Assembly (NCBI GenBank): GCA_050084515.1
Contig: CM114271.1
Span: 14,694,001-14,758,000 of the forward strand
Direction of reading: 5' to 3'
Source: Blasia pusilla
Taxonomy: Eukaryota
Length of the DNA: 64,000 nucleotides
The stretch's first letter is position 1. Every line of letters begins with the position of its first letter. Shown piece after piece: positions 12,001 to 26,759 of the stretch. A program made the position numbers and the translations under genes. The notes beneath the pieces are model-generated. The model ran no database searches, was not told the origin of the DNA, and worked only from the letters and a program-made list of their open reading frames with translations.

Positions 12001-15000
12001 GATCTTCGAGAATCTAAATCTCCTACCCAATCTGAGTCACAAAAACCTATCATTTTCGTCCCTGCTCCATAGGTGATGCCGTACTCGATAGTGCCTTTGA
12101 TGTACTTCAACACACGCATCCCTGCCTTCCAATGGTTCTCACGAGGCTTAGTTGAGAACCTACTCAATACTCCCACAGCGAAGGTAATGTCTGGTCTACT
12201 GTTACACAAAAATATCAAACTGCCTACAAGCTTTCTGTACATCTTTTCATCTACCAATGGTGAAACATCCTCCATCGAGAGTTTCAACTCTACCTCCATT
12301 GGCGAGACCACTGCCTTACACTCAGTCATCCCGAATGCCTTCAAGATTTCTCTAGCATACTTACTGAGAGAGAAAAAAATAGAATCATTTGTTGCCAAAT
12401 TTCCAGTCCTATAAAGTAGTGCAGAAGACCTAAATCTGACATTTCAAACTCAGATTCCAACACTCCCTTCATTTCCTCTATTTTCTTATTGTGGTCTCCT
12501 ATGATGATCAGATCATCCACATACAAGACTATCAACATATACATCCCATCTTCGCAAAACACATACAAATTTGCTTGTGAAGGACTCTTCATGAAACCCT
12601 TCTCTCGAAAGAATGTATCTATTCGTTGATACCATACCCTTGGGGCTTGCTTCAACCCATACAATGCTCGATGAAGTAAACAAACTTTCTTCGATCGGGT
12701 GTCTCAAAACCTGGTGGTTGAGAAACATATACCTCCTCCTTGAGACTCCCGTTCAGAAAAGCAGACTTCACATCGTATTGGTATACAGGCCAACGTCTTG
12801 TTCCTACAACCGCTAGAACAATTCGAATGGTTGTCATCCTTGCAGTGGGAGCAAAAGTCTCATAGTAGTCAAAGCCTTCAATTTGTCAGCATCCTTGGGC
12901 GACCAACCTCGCTTTGAATTTATCCAATGTACCGTCCGACTTGTACTTGGTCTTGTACACCCACTTGGTGCGTATTATCTTCCTGTCCTCTGGATTTTCA
13001 ACCAAAGTCCAAGTTTCATTTCTCTGAATAGCGTCCATCTCCGTTTGCATGGCCTCTCTCCATTGAGGATGAGCCAGGGCCTCATCCAAGCATGATGGCT
13101 CTTCCACCTTCAAGACCTCTGTCATCAGGGCCATGTTGACAAGATGTGCGGAAGCTCTATTCTGCTCCTCTAGTCTCTTGGATCTCCTTGGATGTGTAAC
13201 AACTTCATCGATTCTTTGGTGGATCCTTACCATCCAAGAGCCGCTTTATCCACTTAGGGTATGACGACCGTAGTGGAAGAGCAGTTTGCTCTTTGTAATC
13301 ATCACCAAATTCTTCTTCTTGATGATCTGGTGTAAACATCTGTGGTGTGCTCTGGTGGGTTATCTCTTCGTTTGATGATAATGTGGACGGACCACTGATA
13401 TCCGCCACTTGACGAGGCTGTTCCTAGAACACCACGTCACGACTCACAAGCATCTTCTTTTCCTCAGGACACCAAAGGCGATAAGCTTTAGACTCATCAC
13501 TGTATCCCATAAAGATGCACTTCCTGCTCTTGGACTCCAACTTGGTCCTCTATGCTTCAGGAATATGTACAAAACACTCACTACCAAAAGTCCTGAAATG
13601 TTGGACTGATGGTACCTTACCTCAGTATGATTGATGAGGAGTCATGCCTTGCACTGACTTGGTAGCACTTCTATTTAGAATGTATACGGCAGTATTAACA
13701 GCTTTAGCCCAAAATCCTTCTGTCAAACCTTTTGCTTTCATCATACATCTTGCCATCTCCACCACTGTACGGTTTCGACGCTCAACAACTCCATTTTGTT
13801 GTGGTGTATGTGTCGTGGTTAACTGTCGCTTGATTCCATGCTCTCCCAAATATTTGTTGAATTTGTTGATAAAATTCTCCTCCTCGATCGGTCTTGAAGC
13901 TTTTGTACCTTCTTTCCTGTCTCATTCTCAACCAGCTTGTGCCATACTTTAAATTTTCCAAAAGCACTTGCCTTATCACGAAGGAAATACACCCACATCT
14001 TCCTACTATAATCGTCGATAACTAAAAAGAAGTAGGAAGAACCACCTAATACCACTGTTCTCATTTTACCACAGAGGTCAACATGTATAAACTCTAGAGG
14101 AGCCTTTGCCCTATTGCTGGACTCTTGTGGAAATGGTTGTCGGTGTTTCTTGCCCATCATACAAGCTTCACAAGTATCCGACACTCCAGAAATTGTTGGT
14201 AAATTAGCAACCATGCCATATTTCTGCATCTGACTTAGTAAGGGAAAGCTCAGGTGACCAAATCTTTCATGCCACAACTTACTACTACTAAGATCTGTAC
14301 CTACACTTGTCGTGAAAGCGTACAACTCGTAGATATTTCCACGTCGTATACCTTCACCCACTACTTTCCCATTGGCATCCTCAATGACTGCTCCAGTTTT
14401 CTTAAACGAACTTCTAGATCACGATCACATAATACTTCCACTGAAATCAAATTTCGCTTCAACTCTGGTACGTACAGTACATCAGTTAACTTCTTTTCAT
14501 CTCCTTTTTGTGAGACTAAAGAAATTGTGCCTTTCCCTTCTACAGGGCACTTTGCATTTTTCCCAACAGGAATAACGATGGGCCTCAGAGAGGCCAGAAG
14601 GAGCTATACTAATCCTTATGATTGGTCATATGCCTAGACGCTCCACTATCGAGCACCCATGCATCTTCACTCTTTGTCTTAGTGGAATGTTCTGCCTGTG
14701 TGCAAAACTCTTCTATTGCTACCCAAGCATCTACTTCATATTCTCCCAATTCTACAGAATTTCCAGACTCCTTCTTAGGTCTTAAACAACCGTTCTTCTC
14801 ATCCTGACTCCTCTTCCTACAATCTTTGATAAGATGACCTAGCTTACCACAATAAAAGCATTTGAAGGTTTTTCTTGGAAATTTCTTCTTGACATTTGAG
14901 CTGTAATCCTGATTTCTACCTCTCAGATGCGTTGGCAAAGTAAATGCGTCACTTCCCTCTCTTGCTTTGAAGCGCATTTCCTCTTCTACCAACATTGCAC

Positions 15001-16790
15001 TAAATTGTTCAAAAGTAAGCGGCGTGGGTCTTACTTGAGTATTCAAAGGATCTGATGACCAAGCTCATCATACCTTGGAGGCAAAATCCTTATGCACCGA
15101 CGTGCCAAATCTTCGCTAGACTTTGAAATTCCCACGGATGCCATCTGATCTTGAAGATTCTTGATCCTTGTCAAAAATTTCTCCGCGCTTTCTCCTTCTG
15201 AAAATTTCTCGGACGTAAGCTGATTCTCCAGATCTGAATCCGAGTCTCATTCCTTGTTTCATACTGATTCTTCAAAATGTTCCACGCCTCAGCAACAGTG
15301 GTTGTATGTTGAATGAGAGTCATGACAGAATCAGTTACATTCGTGACAATCGCATATAGAGCATCAACATTTCTGCGTCTCCATGCCAATAATACAACAG
15401 GATCGATGTCCCCAGATGAAGATGAACATGCATAACTCACACTGGCTTGTGGATTTGAATTGACCCCTGTGGCCGTTTCCCAGATCTCAAATGATTCGAG
15501 AACAGTTCTCATTTTGAACTTCCACAACGTATAGTTAGACCCATCTAACTTCCCTTCACCGAGCGGAGGAGGGCGAGCAGGAACTGACGAAGAGGTAGCC
15601 ATCTCTCAAGATTTTGTGCAAACACACTAGATCGCGGATACAAAATCTTTGGAAAACCTCGCTCTCGATACCATATGAGAAAACAGAAAGTGACGAAATC
15701 ACTGAAATCTTTACAAAACTTAGAGATACAAAGTGGCCTAGTCCGTCCGTGCGCTCACAAAAGAGCTTCGATGGAACCTGAACTGGGAGATAACTCGACA
15801 TACGAGAATGCGCTACCGCTACGGCTCCCGACTATTTGACTACTCTGGAAAACTAGGGTTAGATAAACCTAGTAACGCTACTCCGTAAACCCCCTACGTC
15901 ATATTACTATGACTCCTTCGACGTCTAAGTCGGAACCATCGATCTAGGCTTCTCCTCGTACAAGGGGGCCGATCAAACAATGGTGCTCAGAGGAGTGGAT
16001 GTTGAGAATCCAATACTTTTTTTGGACCCCATACACTTTGTAAGGATCAACGAGAACCTTCTCACCCTCTTGTGCCTAGGTCTTGGTGTTTCATCAAATA
16101 TCTTCTTCATTTCAGTCCATCTCAATATGTCATGGCTGGTCACGCAATTGGGCGTTGGACGATTTTCAATCTGTCGATTGAAAAGATGCACAAAATTGGA
16201 TCTTCCTATAAGGATGATTCCTATCTTTATACTGTTGGTGGCCTTGACATGCTAGATTATGCAAAGTTTTAGAATAATATGAATCTCCTTATGATCCACA
16301 CACCACACATGCCACTTTTCCCTTGGTACATTGGCCAGAGACCACACCTACCCCAAGATAGTCACTAATAGTCCATATGATCATGGCTCTAAGAAGGAAC
16401 TTATCTTGGCCTTCAGGAAGAGAACTATCATATGCAAAAACTCCTTTCCAACGTAGTTGTAACTCGTTTATAAGTGGAGCTAAATACACATCTAAGTTAT
16501 GAGAATACACGGACTCCTTACCAGGAATGATCAAAGCCAATTGGAGAAAGAATTTCTTTGTACACAACCATGGTGGAAGATTGTAGTTCACCAAAACAAC
16601 AGGCCAAGTTGACCAAATTGATCTCTTATCCCTAAAAGAATTTACTCCATCTAAAGCGAGCCCTAATCGAAAATTATGAGGCTCGTTCATGAACTCTAGC
16701 CAACGCTCATCTATATCTTTCTATTGTCGACAATCTCCAGCATGACGCACCTTACCATCGCTACTTCTGATTTCTCATATCCATTTCATT
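9066..16790 (-). pseudogene. CACTA (En/Spm) TnpD-like transposase, intron-containing, split by Copia-2
   Basis: NFRLGLALDGVN...WPVVLVNYNLPPW (16289-16690), LPYWK/DLLIRHTLDIMH, LKSHDHHIFMQQLLP, FPPSFFEVMTHLLVHLVEE, LKNYVRSRARPYGCMAEGY, FPSQVEQVFY. These match the Transposase_21/DUF4218/DUF4216-type blocks. Confidence 0.9.
11083..16015 (-). mobile_element. Ty1/copia LTR retrotransposon (Copia-2), full-length but frameshifted
   Basis: LTRs at 15674-16015 (5') and 11083-11553 (3'); CTTTT TSD at 11078-11082 and 16016-16020; PBS (rc tggtatcgagagc) at 15661-15673; poly-G PPT at ~11554. Gag, CFYCGKLGHLIKDC, WVLDSGAS, integrase (IHVDLCG, PQQNGVVERRNR), RT LYVDDL, RNase H FCDSDW. Confidence 0.96.
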
Positions 16791-17059
16791 ACACTAGAAG
16801 AAAAAGATGTTTTTATGACTACATTATATGATTGACAGGATTCATGTTATACATGACATCACTCATGGTGACTGATGACTACATCAGTCATAAAAGACAA
16901 GTCATTTTTGTCTCATGACTAAGCACCACTTGAGTTTTGTGTACATGACTTCATTAATTTCAATGACTAGAGTCATGGGGCGAGGGACATAATTAGTCCA
17001 CCTGGACATGACTTTTAATCCACGTGATACTAGTGACGTGGATGATAAGCTTTTTACTA

Positions 17060-17684
17060 AGTGTGAGTCATATTTGATACATAAAGAATGACTTGGATGA
17101 GTCATTCCCCTAGTTATAGCATGATTCATTTGTTTTGTTTTGTAGTCATGGTGGAGTCATAATTGATAGTCCTAATGAGTGAGGTTCAGTCATCATATGT
17201 CATGACGAGTCATGCCAAGTCGTTGTGTGAATAATGAAGTCATATTTGATACGTAAAGAACAACTAGCTTGAGTCATGATCCTAGTCATAGCATCAGTCA
17301 TAATGTTTTGTTTTGTAGTCATGGTGGAGTCATAATTCATAGTCCATGATGAGTCACGATCAGTCATCACAGGTCATGACTAGTCATACCAAGTCATTAT
17401 TTGAATAATGAAGTTATATTTGATACATAAAGAACAACTAGCTTGAGTCATGCGCCATGACATGGCATGAGTCATTGGTTTTTGTTTTGTAGTCATGTGG
17501 GAGTCGTAAGTGGTAGTCCATGAGTCAAAAACTAATCAATATTTTTAGATAGCTAGTCAATAAAGTTAAGTCATGATCAGTCATCATAGGTCATGACTAG
17601 TCAAGCCAAGTCATTAATTGAATAATGTAGTCATATTTGATACATAAAGAACGACTTGCTTAAGTCATGAACATAGTCATAGCA
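17060..17684. repeat. ~173-bp imperfect tandem repeat rich in AGTCAT
   Basis: tatttgatac recurs at 17071, 17243, 17417 and 17634; the unit resumes at 22012 after the hAT insertion. Confidence 0.85.
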
Positions 17685-20600
17685 ACGTCCGGGGAGAACC
17701 GGAGCTGCATGTAAAGCTAGCCGTGAAAATTTTGAAATTGCCGCCTCCTCGGGGAAACCTTCAGTCGAATTTCCGGGTCATGTCTTCCCCTTTTCGGCAA
17801 CTGGCTGGTCGTGAAATTAGATGTCAGAATTTGGCTCTTTTCCGGGAGGATATTGTTGGCAAATTGTCGTTTCCACATGTAGGGAGCCAGAATATGGCTG
17901 GTAAGCATTTTCAGGGGGCCGGAGTCTCACCGGGTTAGTATTTGATTGTCGGTAAACCAACAGTACTATATTTGTTGGATCAGTCTGAGGAGGAGATGTA
18001 AGTCGTCTGATTAAGGCTCCGATTTAGGGCAAGCCGCCTCCAACGGCTCTAGTGCTCCACGTCTGAGTAGTCCGAAGACTCCGAAGTCTGAGTTGGTCCG
18101 ACTCTCAAGGGGGGTAGTGGGTTGGGTGGAGTTCGGGGTGCTCACTTCCTGTTATTGCTGCAGGATCAATCCTCTTGTCGTTTCCCCTCTCGAGTGTGGA
18201 CTCTTTGTGTTTCACTCATCGTTGCTCCTGTGTTTCCCCTCTCGAGAGTCTATTCTCGATTCTCTTGCTTTGTACTCGTGATTTCTTTGTTGTGAGATTA
18301 TCGAGGAGATTATCAAATCTCGACTCATTCATTTGAGTCTCAGCAGTTGTAAGAGGTTCTCAAAGTGAGAGGTGGAGGAATTTTTGTTTAGGAGTCAATC
18401 TATTTTCTCGAGACTGGCCATTCTGAACTTCTGAATTCGAGGGGAGAAACACTATCGTTGCATCGAGCTCGGCTTATCTATCGACTTGCCTCGATTCTAG
18501 CTGTGCGCGGTAGTAGCAGGTGTCTTCACTCTCGACGCTCGGTTTGCGGCTGACAACTGGTGTGGACACTTGCTTTTACCACGCTGTGAGCTCGTGAATT
18601 TGGACTCTTGACTTTTGTGGCTATTTCTTGATTTTTGTCTAGCGTTGGTCTGAGCCTCTATGAAACAACTTTCATTGCATCTCGCCATTTCCAGAACTCA
18701 TTGTAGTAGCCGTGAGCTTAGTTAACTCCCTCGGACGTTCTTTCCCATCTTTCGGCCCAATCTCTCAACCCGCAGTCCTAGGACCCAACTCCGCATGTAC
18801 AAAAATTTTGCATATTGGTCTGCCCTCCATATACTTGGTTTACGCAGGTTCGGATCATTGTTTAGATAGTTTTCTTACCTCATAGGTTTCTTAACACACT
18901 TTTCTGTTTTTCATTGCTTCATTTAGTGGTTTTAGACCTGTATTTGTTGTCCTTCCGCAACTCCCTTTGCTTTGCACTTGCGCATTGTATCCTTTCCTTC
19001 TTGAAAATAGGGTATTGATTTTTGTTTAGGGGTGGGAACTTTGGCTTAAAGGTCTTAAGCCTTACCTGTACTACAGTAGATTAGGTTGTCCCTTGTTTGC
19101 TTGGACATCGATTGTGTCTCATAGATGGCTAAGAGACAACAGACTATGAGCGAGATGTTAAACAAAGAGGTAGGCCATGACCTTCCATAGGATAGCAGTC
19201 GCTCAGAGTCATCAGATGGACAGGAAGTTAACAGATCATGCTCTCCTTCTGAAGCCCAGATTGAGAATAATAGATTGGCTTGGAAGGATGTATGGTGCTC
19301 CTTATTTGATTGGATAGAGTTCCATATAGAATCCGGTAGAATATTTTGTAAAGTATGTAGAGAGGGGAAGGGCAAGAATTCTTTCGCAAGGGATGATGCT
19401 ATAAACTGTAAGGTTTCAGCCTTCATTGATCATGATAAATCTAATGAGCACATGAAGCTTTCTTGGGCTGCTTATGTAGGAAAAAAGTCCATGGCCAAGG
19501 CCATTGCCATTTCTAATCATACTTGTGACACTACCTTATTGATATTTTTTAAATGTGCTTATTTTATTGTGAAGGAATCAATGGCTTTTTCCAAATTTCT
19601 GAACTTGAGTAAGTTGTTGTTGTCAATAAATGCACCCATTACTCGAGATTTGTACCAGGATGAGAAGAGTTGTGCATATATGTGTTACTACATTAGTCAG
19701 GTTATAAATAGAAGAACTCTTTTAAAAGTACAACAATCTCCTTTCTTTGGGATAATGATAGATGAGTCTACTAATATTTCAGTAACGGGTCATCTGGTGG
19801 TATTTGCAACTTACTTACAAGAGGGGCAAGTGGATAATTCTTTTCTAGGATTGTTGCAATGTCGAGAGAAGTGTTCTAATGCAATTACCAAAAATCTTAT
19901 AGAGTTGATTAAGGACTCTGGACTAGACAGTTCTAAAATGGTAGCTTTTGGATCAGACGAAGCCTCCACTATGGTAGGTAGTCAGAATGGAGTAGCAAGT
20001 CAATTGAAGCAGAAGGTAAACCCTTTTTTGTTGTCTGTACATTGCGTTGCACATAGGACCAACCTTGTTGCTTTGACATCAGCCAAAGGACCGGGTGTAA
20101 AGATGTATCTATAGAAATAGACTCTCTCTTGAATGCTATAGCTGGATATTTTAGGAGATCTTCAAAGAGGACGTGTGGGCTTGTTGCTTTGTAGGAGAAG
20201 TTGAATGATTCTCAAAGAATGATGAAAAGATATCACAAAATTCGTTGGTTGTCATGAGGGCAAGCCGTGACTACTTTGTGTCTCGTTAGAGTCTGTCCTC
20301 ACATATCTCCAGGATATTCCCCGCTCCAAAGATGATGGTAATGCTGCTAATATGTACAACAAGTTAAGATCAGTTGAAATGATCTATCAGTTGTACTTCA
20401 TGGCAGATATCTTGTTTATACTTGCTAATTTGAGTAAGGTATTCCAATATAAGTTTGTAGATGTTAGTACCATTGGTAGTATTGTGAATTCTGAGGGAGC
20501 GTCTATTACAATGAACTTTGTGATGGAGAATCATGACTTGAATGCTTCTACATTCTTTGAGGCAACAGGTTATCATCTCTTATTTGATTTTGGACCCCCC

Positions 20601-22011
20601 TGGAGGATATTTTAAATGATTGCAATCTGAGATTAGGGGTAGAAAGTACCACAACATTGAAATGTTGAGGGATCATACTGGAAAGGATTTGCAAGCTGCT
20701 CTAGCTTTCCAGAAGAGTTATGCTGAGAATGTATGTGCGGCCTTACATGATCGATTAAGGGATAATAATCTGATTGGTGCAATGAGGATTATGAATCCTC
20801 ATCATATGCCCTCTAGGCTAGTAGGGTTGAACAATTAGGGTTGTAAGGATGTAGATGATCTCTGTGCATATTTTGGAAGGGATGCTCCTCTCAGGGGTCA
20901 TGTACAACCTGCTGTTGTGAACTCATGAGCTGTGAAACTAGAGTTTCAGTCATTTAAGCTCATGGCCACAACAGAATGGAAAGACAAGAACTTTCGAGAT
21001 CTTTGGAATGGTAAGTTGGAGCCCATCCTTGTAATGTAAGTTCTCAAATTTGTTGGTATTAGCTAACATTGCTAGGGTGCGATGTGTGAGTACTGTGATT
21101 TGTGAGAGAGCATTCTCAATGCAAAATATGATAAAGACAAAGTGTCGTAATAGAACACCGAGTAAGCATTTAGATGTTGTTCTTAGGATAGCCTTGGAGG
21201 GGAAGATTGTTGACTATGAGGATCTATTGGTTGAATCGGTAGTGCTTTGGAAAAACTCTGCACAATTTAGATATGTGTATGCTAACCCAGAGAGACATGT
21301 GAATGATGTGGACACTATAGTAGGGTTGCAATTATAGAAGATTCTCCAAGTGCATTAGTTTCAGATGTTTAGTAGATAGGGAGGGAGTGAGAGGTGTGAC
21401 GGTAGGGTCCCTTTTGTAGTACATGAAAGGTTTTATGATAAAACCTTTCATGTACTATGAAGGGGTTGGATCCTTGGTTTCCAAATGGTGGGAAGCCTGG
21501 CCAGGTTCAATTCCTGCGAAGGATGTGAAATTATGAATGTGGGATAGAAGGAGTGAGGACCTGAGAAACTTGGATGATCCTTGGCTCCCAAGTGGTGGGA
21601 GGCCTGCCAGGTTTAAATCCACCCAAGGAAGTTTTAAGCAGAGAGGTGAGATTTTTTAGATGAGGGTGCTCAAGGTGGAATTCTGAAGACTTTGAGAAGT
21701 TTGGGCTTAGGAAAGGACTGTGGATTTTGGAGAGGATTGTTGCACAATGAAGTTCCTAGAGAAAAAATTTCCTGGATATATTAAGAGTTTTTTCGGATAT
21801 TTTCCGGGGCCTTTCAAATGAATAGGAAACTTGCCGTTTAAATATTGAAATATTTAGAAATTTATTGTAGCTGAATTAAATCATGAAAAAATTGCCACCT
21901 AATTCCAAAACAACCAATTATTACCGATTAGAATTTCCAGAAATCTGACCCCAGACGGCAAAGACCGGGTAACTCACTGGTTTCCGTAGAAAAATTGGTT
22001 CCCGGAGAAAA
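17685..22011 (+). mobile_element. hAT-superfamily DNA transposon
   Basis: Near-perfect 8-bp TSD (tcatagca at 17677-17684, acatagca at 22012-22019); weak TIR (tccggggagaacc / ggttcccggaga); contains a hAT transposase. Confidence 0.7.
19145..21337 (+). pseudogene. hAT transposase (ZNF862/ZMYM-like), disrupted
   Basis: IFCKVC zinc finger, FFGIMIDEST, FGSDEASTMVG, VHCVAHRTNL, IRWLS, C-terminal CERAFSMQNMIKTKCRNR dimerisation motif; stops and frameshifts. Confidence 0.88.
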
Positions 22012-23299
22012 ACATAGCACGAGTCATAATTTATTGTGTTGTAGTCATGCTCGAGTCATAAGTGGTAGTTCATGAGTCATGGAATAATCTATATTTTTAC
22101 ATGGCAAGTCATTAAAGATGAGTCATGGTTAGTGGTCGCAAGTCATTACTAATCATGCCAAGTCATTATTTGAACAATGGAGTCATCACATTATATGTAG
22201 TCTATGATAGCCAAGATATAGAAGTGAGTCATGATAAGTCATGATTAGTCATTCCAAGTCATGGTTTGCAAAATGGAGTCATTTATTTGAGTCATTTTAC
22301 TCTAAATAGAGTGCATATTATTAAATCAAATAAATGTGATAGTCATACAATATGAGTCATTTCTGCTCAATGACTGCATGTTCTTTTGTCATATGCTTCT
22401 TTTGGTGTGTGTAACGCTGCAAGCCATTTCATCACATTCATGACATATTAGATCCAGATGATCTCAATACCATTGCAATATCCAATGGTAAACGAGTGCC
22501 TATGCAAATGACAAATCACTTACACCTATGAAAAAAGCGAGCCATTACTATACTTTTATCTAAAACAATCCACGACAGTCCCGAAGCTTTCTTGGAAACG
22601 ATCGAGGAAAGAAGAGTATGAACTTGTTCAAAAAAAAACTATCATCTGAGTTACTTTCTTGAGAGTCACATTCAAAGACTCCTAAAGAAACTTGTTGCTT
22701 AACAAATCATATCCAAAGTCAAATATGCAAACAAACCACGATCATTTCACATGATAGCTTTAATGAAAAGTTGTTACATTAATCAAAATCCTACTTTATG
22801 GCCTTTAACAAGCTTAATCAAACTACCAATACCTATCAGGTGCTGGAATTCTCTGCCATGTAGCGGCATAACATATTCTGAAACAACAAATACATATCCT
22901 TCCAGAAACCATTTGGTTCCTTGAGCGAGTGCAAAGTTGCTCTCATGGACTTTTCCCTTCCCAAAAATTACTGTACTTGGACATTTTTCCCACCGACCTC
23001 AATTGCATACTCTAACAAAGGCACCAATTTTATAACATTTACATCAGTATCTGTCCCAATAGCCATTCCTTGCTTATCGTGGCATATATGAACAGTGACC
23101 TAACCAACCACCCCGACCATTATCCAGGCAAGTAAAGAGAATCTATCATCATGGCGGAGAATAATATCAACAAACCTAACATAGTAACGACACTCTGTCA
23201 CTTCAAATAATGTCTCTTCCCAACCCTATAACCATTGGCATGGTTATTTCCTCTGGAATCATTAATCAATTGCAAAATCCTTACTCGTACACAACTTGA

Positions 23300-26200
23300 A
23301 ATAGATAATTGTGCACAAGATCTGAGACGTGCCTACAACTGGAGGGCTATGGTAGTGGAGGGTGGTTCCAGCTTGAAGGAAAGGCCCATCTCCACAAAAC
23401 CGCTGGTGATCTACACACCTAATGTCTTTAGTGTTCTCCAAGGGACCAGCGAAGAAGAGCCTGCACATGAAGAGGTTCCATGTCGCAAGCAGCCACACCG
23501 ACGCCAAAGCGTGCCCGCCGATCCCCAACCCACTTAGTGACAGTCTCCGTTTGGGTACTGGAACTTCGTGGATCGACCCATGCAATGAAGCAAATTGGAG
23601 GTTGCTGAAGTTTTGCTGAAAAATCAAATACATATATGGGGGTCGTGAAACTTGGGAAACCAAGTTAATGGAGATACCCCATGTACCACACTATGCATGG
23701 TTTGGAAAGATGTGCAAGACCCAAAGGACAACAACAGAGGTATGAAGGGTGTCGGGTTCTTCATCGAGACTTCATGGTGGGAGTGTGAGATCATCAACAT
23801 AGGGCTCGAGTATGAACACAAAGATATGGGTCAAAGTCCGAAATGAGTGCAACTCTCGCGGGATATGTATATCGGGTGTATTTACATGCCTACAAAAAGT
23901 GAATCTCGCAAAGAGAGGCAACATTTGATAGTGTGAAACTGATTGCCTCCGGTTCCGGACAAAGGGGAACATAGTCTTCTTGGGAGACTTCAACAATTTG
24001 GGTGGGGCAAGGCACCGATCCCCAAGCAGAGATCGGGATGTTTGGAGATGTGAGAGTGAATGGCAATGACACACGGCTGATCACGATGTTGAGGGAACTT
24101 CAACTGATGGCACTTAATGATAGGCATAAGGTGGGATCCCCGGCTTGGACTAGGGTCAACTTCAAGGAGAATGAGAGCTCCATTGTGGACTACATAGTCT
24201 GTGGATGAGGAACTCTACACACGCAAAGTGGGAAGATCATAGTGGATCGTGGACATTGGAAGATCAGATCATTCATTGGTCTGGACAGAGTTGCAACAAA
24301 GGCTAAAATGCTCGACCAAACTAGTGAAGAGGGTGATCAAGAAATGGAGGATAGAGGACTTCCAAGATGAGGGCAATAAGAAGGTGTACATTGGCAAGTT
24401 GGAAGAAAATCTCTTGGCATTTGACACTTTCATTGAATCTACCGTCAAGACCTTTGGGTTCACAAGAACAACTGTGGACATGGTCTTTGGCATGGTGGGA
24501 GCGTGGAGGACAGATGCCGCCGAGATTTCTTTGTCGGCAGAAATTGATAATATGCGTGAGCCGTCAAATGGTGGTCCTTGGAACTCAAGGCGATGACCAT
24601 TGCCAAACGAAGGGAAGCGTATGTCACAAGTGCCAAAGCCAGGGACGATGCATCCTTGCGGGCAGAGTATGTGGCCCTACGCAAGGAAACCCGTCTTCTC
24701 GTGCGCATGCACAAGAAGAAAATGAACCAAGCCACATACTCATCCATCAATGAGAATTTCACTGAGAATCAGAAAAAGCTATGGATGGAAGTGCAGAAAT
24801 TGAGCAAGGCCAGGGGACGAAACGACGTAAAGGCCTTGAAGAGAAAAGACGGTGGAATGTGACCACGGCTAAACAGATCCGACATGTGTTGGAAGGCCAT
24901 TACAAGGAGTTAGGCAGAAGCCCGCTGGACATCCCTTGAAGAGCAGAACTTCGAGAGGGTGGTGGAGGATTTTTAAAGATACAACGGGAGAAGGCAAATG
25001 ATGAGGTTGAGTGGGCAACGCATATAATGATTGGTTCTCCTGGTTGAGGTGGGAGCAGCGATCAAAGAACTTTTGAACCATAAAGCAGGCGGTGGTGATG
25101 AGCTTATGAATGAGTGTTGAAGTATGGCGATCTTTGCTATGGCTCGTTCTCTAGTGAGTCTCTTCAACCTGGTCTCAGCGGCGAAGTCATCCCCAAAGAT
25201 GGCGGATGGGTGTCATCGTGAACCTCTTCAAGAAGGGTGAGCGAGAAGATCCGAAACTCAGGGGTATTACATTCTTTGAGTGTAGTCGGGAAGCTTCTTT
25301 GCCGTATACTCAACAATAGGATCTCTGTGCACTGGAGGAGAAGTGTCATCAAGGAAGGCCACTGGCTTCCGGCAAGCCCGAGGATCGTGGACCACATCTT
25401 CACCTTCATCGAGATCATCGGGGTAGGAAAAAGAGGGGAAACCCACCTATTGCTTCTTCTTGGACCTCAAGAAGGCATATGACACCGTATGGCGTGACGG
25501 GCTTTCTTATAGCCTGTGGAAGGCGGGTGAGGGAAAATGTGGAGGGTGGTGGAGAAGATGAAGGCAAATGTCTTTGAAGTGCGGTGTGATGATTTTCAAT
25601 GGCAAGGAGGAGGACCAAGACCAACAAGTGGTACTGGGGTGACCAAGAGATCCCCTGTGTGGCTACCTACACCTATCTGGGCATAGAATTCTTGGAAGAT
25701 TGCATGTGGGATGCACACATTAAGAAGACTACTTGAGAAAGGCTACAAGAAAGTGAACAGGTCGATTCCTCTGATTCGGGACATCACATCGAAGTAAAGC
25801 GCTGTGTCATTTTGCATACCATTCGTCCCTCGCTGGAATACGGGCAGCAGAGTGGGATGCCAATACCAAACAAAGGGATAGGCTTGAAGTCATGCGGTGA
25901 AGGCGTTTGGGTATGATGTCAACTTTATCACGAACGACCAGCGTTGGTGTGAGATCAGAACTAGGTGTGGAACCCTTGGAGGATAGACGTGACATCGCCA
26001 AGTTGAAATGGCGGAGGAAGTGGAGACAATGGACTCCCATCGCTATCCTAAAGAGGTGATTGGGAAAAGGACAAAGAAGAGTAAAAGCCAAATCTTGAAA
26101 AGGTTCAAGATGACCTCTCCAAAGAAGGCCCGAATCAGGGGAGCGGTGGATATAACCAAAGAGAGCAAACGCTCACGGTAGAATAGCACGGAGGAAGCCA

Positions 26201-26759
26201 TGAAAAGAACGAGAGGGCAGAACTGAAGAACTTTGTGGGGAACCCCTTGCTTGGGAACCCAGCTCAAGTTCAAGTTCAGGACGGGGGAAATCCCCTTGAA
26301 CCATAAGAAAAACAGGATGGGAACATAACTAAACTCTTGTGCCTTGTGTGACGATGGGGACGAAACCTCTAGTCATTACTTGGTCTCATGCGCAAAATTC
26401 ACAACACACAGAGCAAGAGCATATCCGATATTGCTACCTGGTAGTAGCACCAGAATTGTTCAACACATTTAGTAGCCTTGATTCATTGCCCAAAGCTGCT
26501 GCACTGATAAGTAATGTCTATTGGGGATCCCAATTAGGTAAAGTAGATGGTGTGGTGAAGAGCTTATTGGTTGACACTTGGAAGCTCCGCACAAACACGT
26601 TGTTTAGTCAGCACTCACACTATATGAGAGTGTCTCCCTCCTCTCATATGGTACCTTCTTCACTTGCTTCTCTCTCTACACCCATCCCAGTCTCAAGCAC
26701 CGTCCAACCAGGGCGCGGGGTCTATGGTCGCAAGGCTACGACATGCACTACTTAATGAG

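Larger units (their letters stand above)
16792..22411. mobile_element. Non-autonomous CACTA-type element with subterminal repeat array, interrupted by hAT
   Basis: Starts CACTAGAAGAAAAAG at 16792 and ends at a degenerate ...ttcttttggtgtgtg near 22411. Dense agtcat/atgact motifs at 16800-17684 and 22012-22390. TSD not clean. Confidence 0.6.

Noticed and set aside
17060-17684. Regular repeats that could suggest a CRISPR-like array
   Set aside because: Whole units are repeated with no unique spacers, in a eukaryotic CACTA context
22420-23230. Frameshifted coding-like stretch on the minus strand (VTVHICHDKQG...FLEGYVFVVSEY)
   Set aside because: No family recognised; not an evident continuation of the CACTA transposase
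26723-26737. tatggtcgcaaggct resembles a conserved SSU rRNA segment
   Set aside because: Only ~15 nt with no flanking rRNA similarity; treated as part of the LINE 3' end
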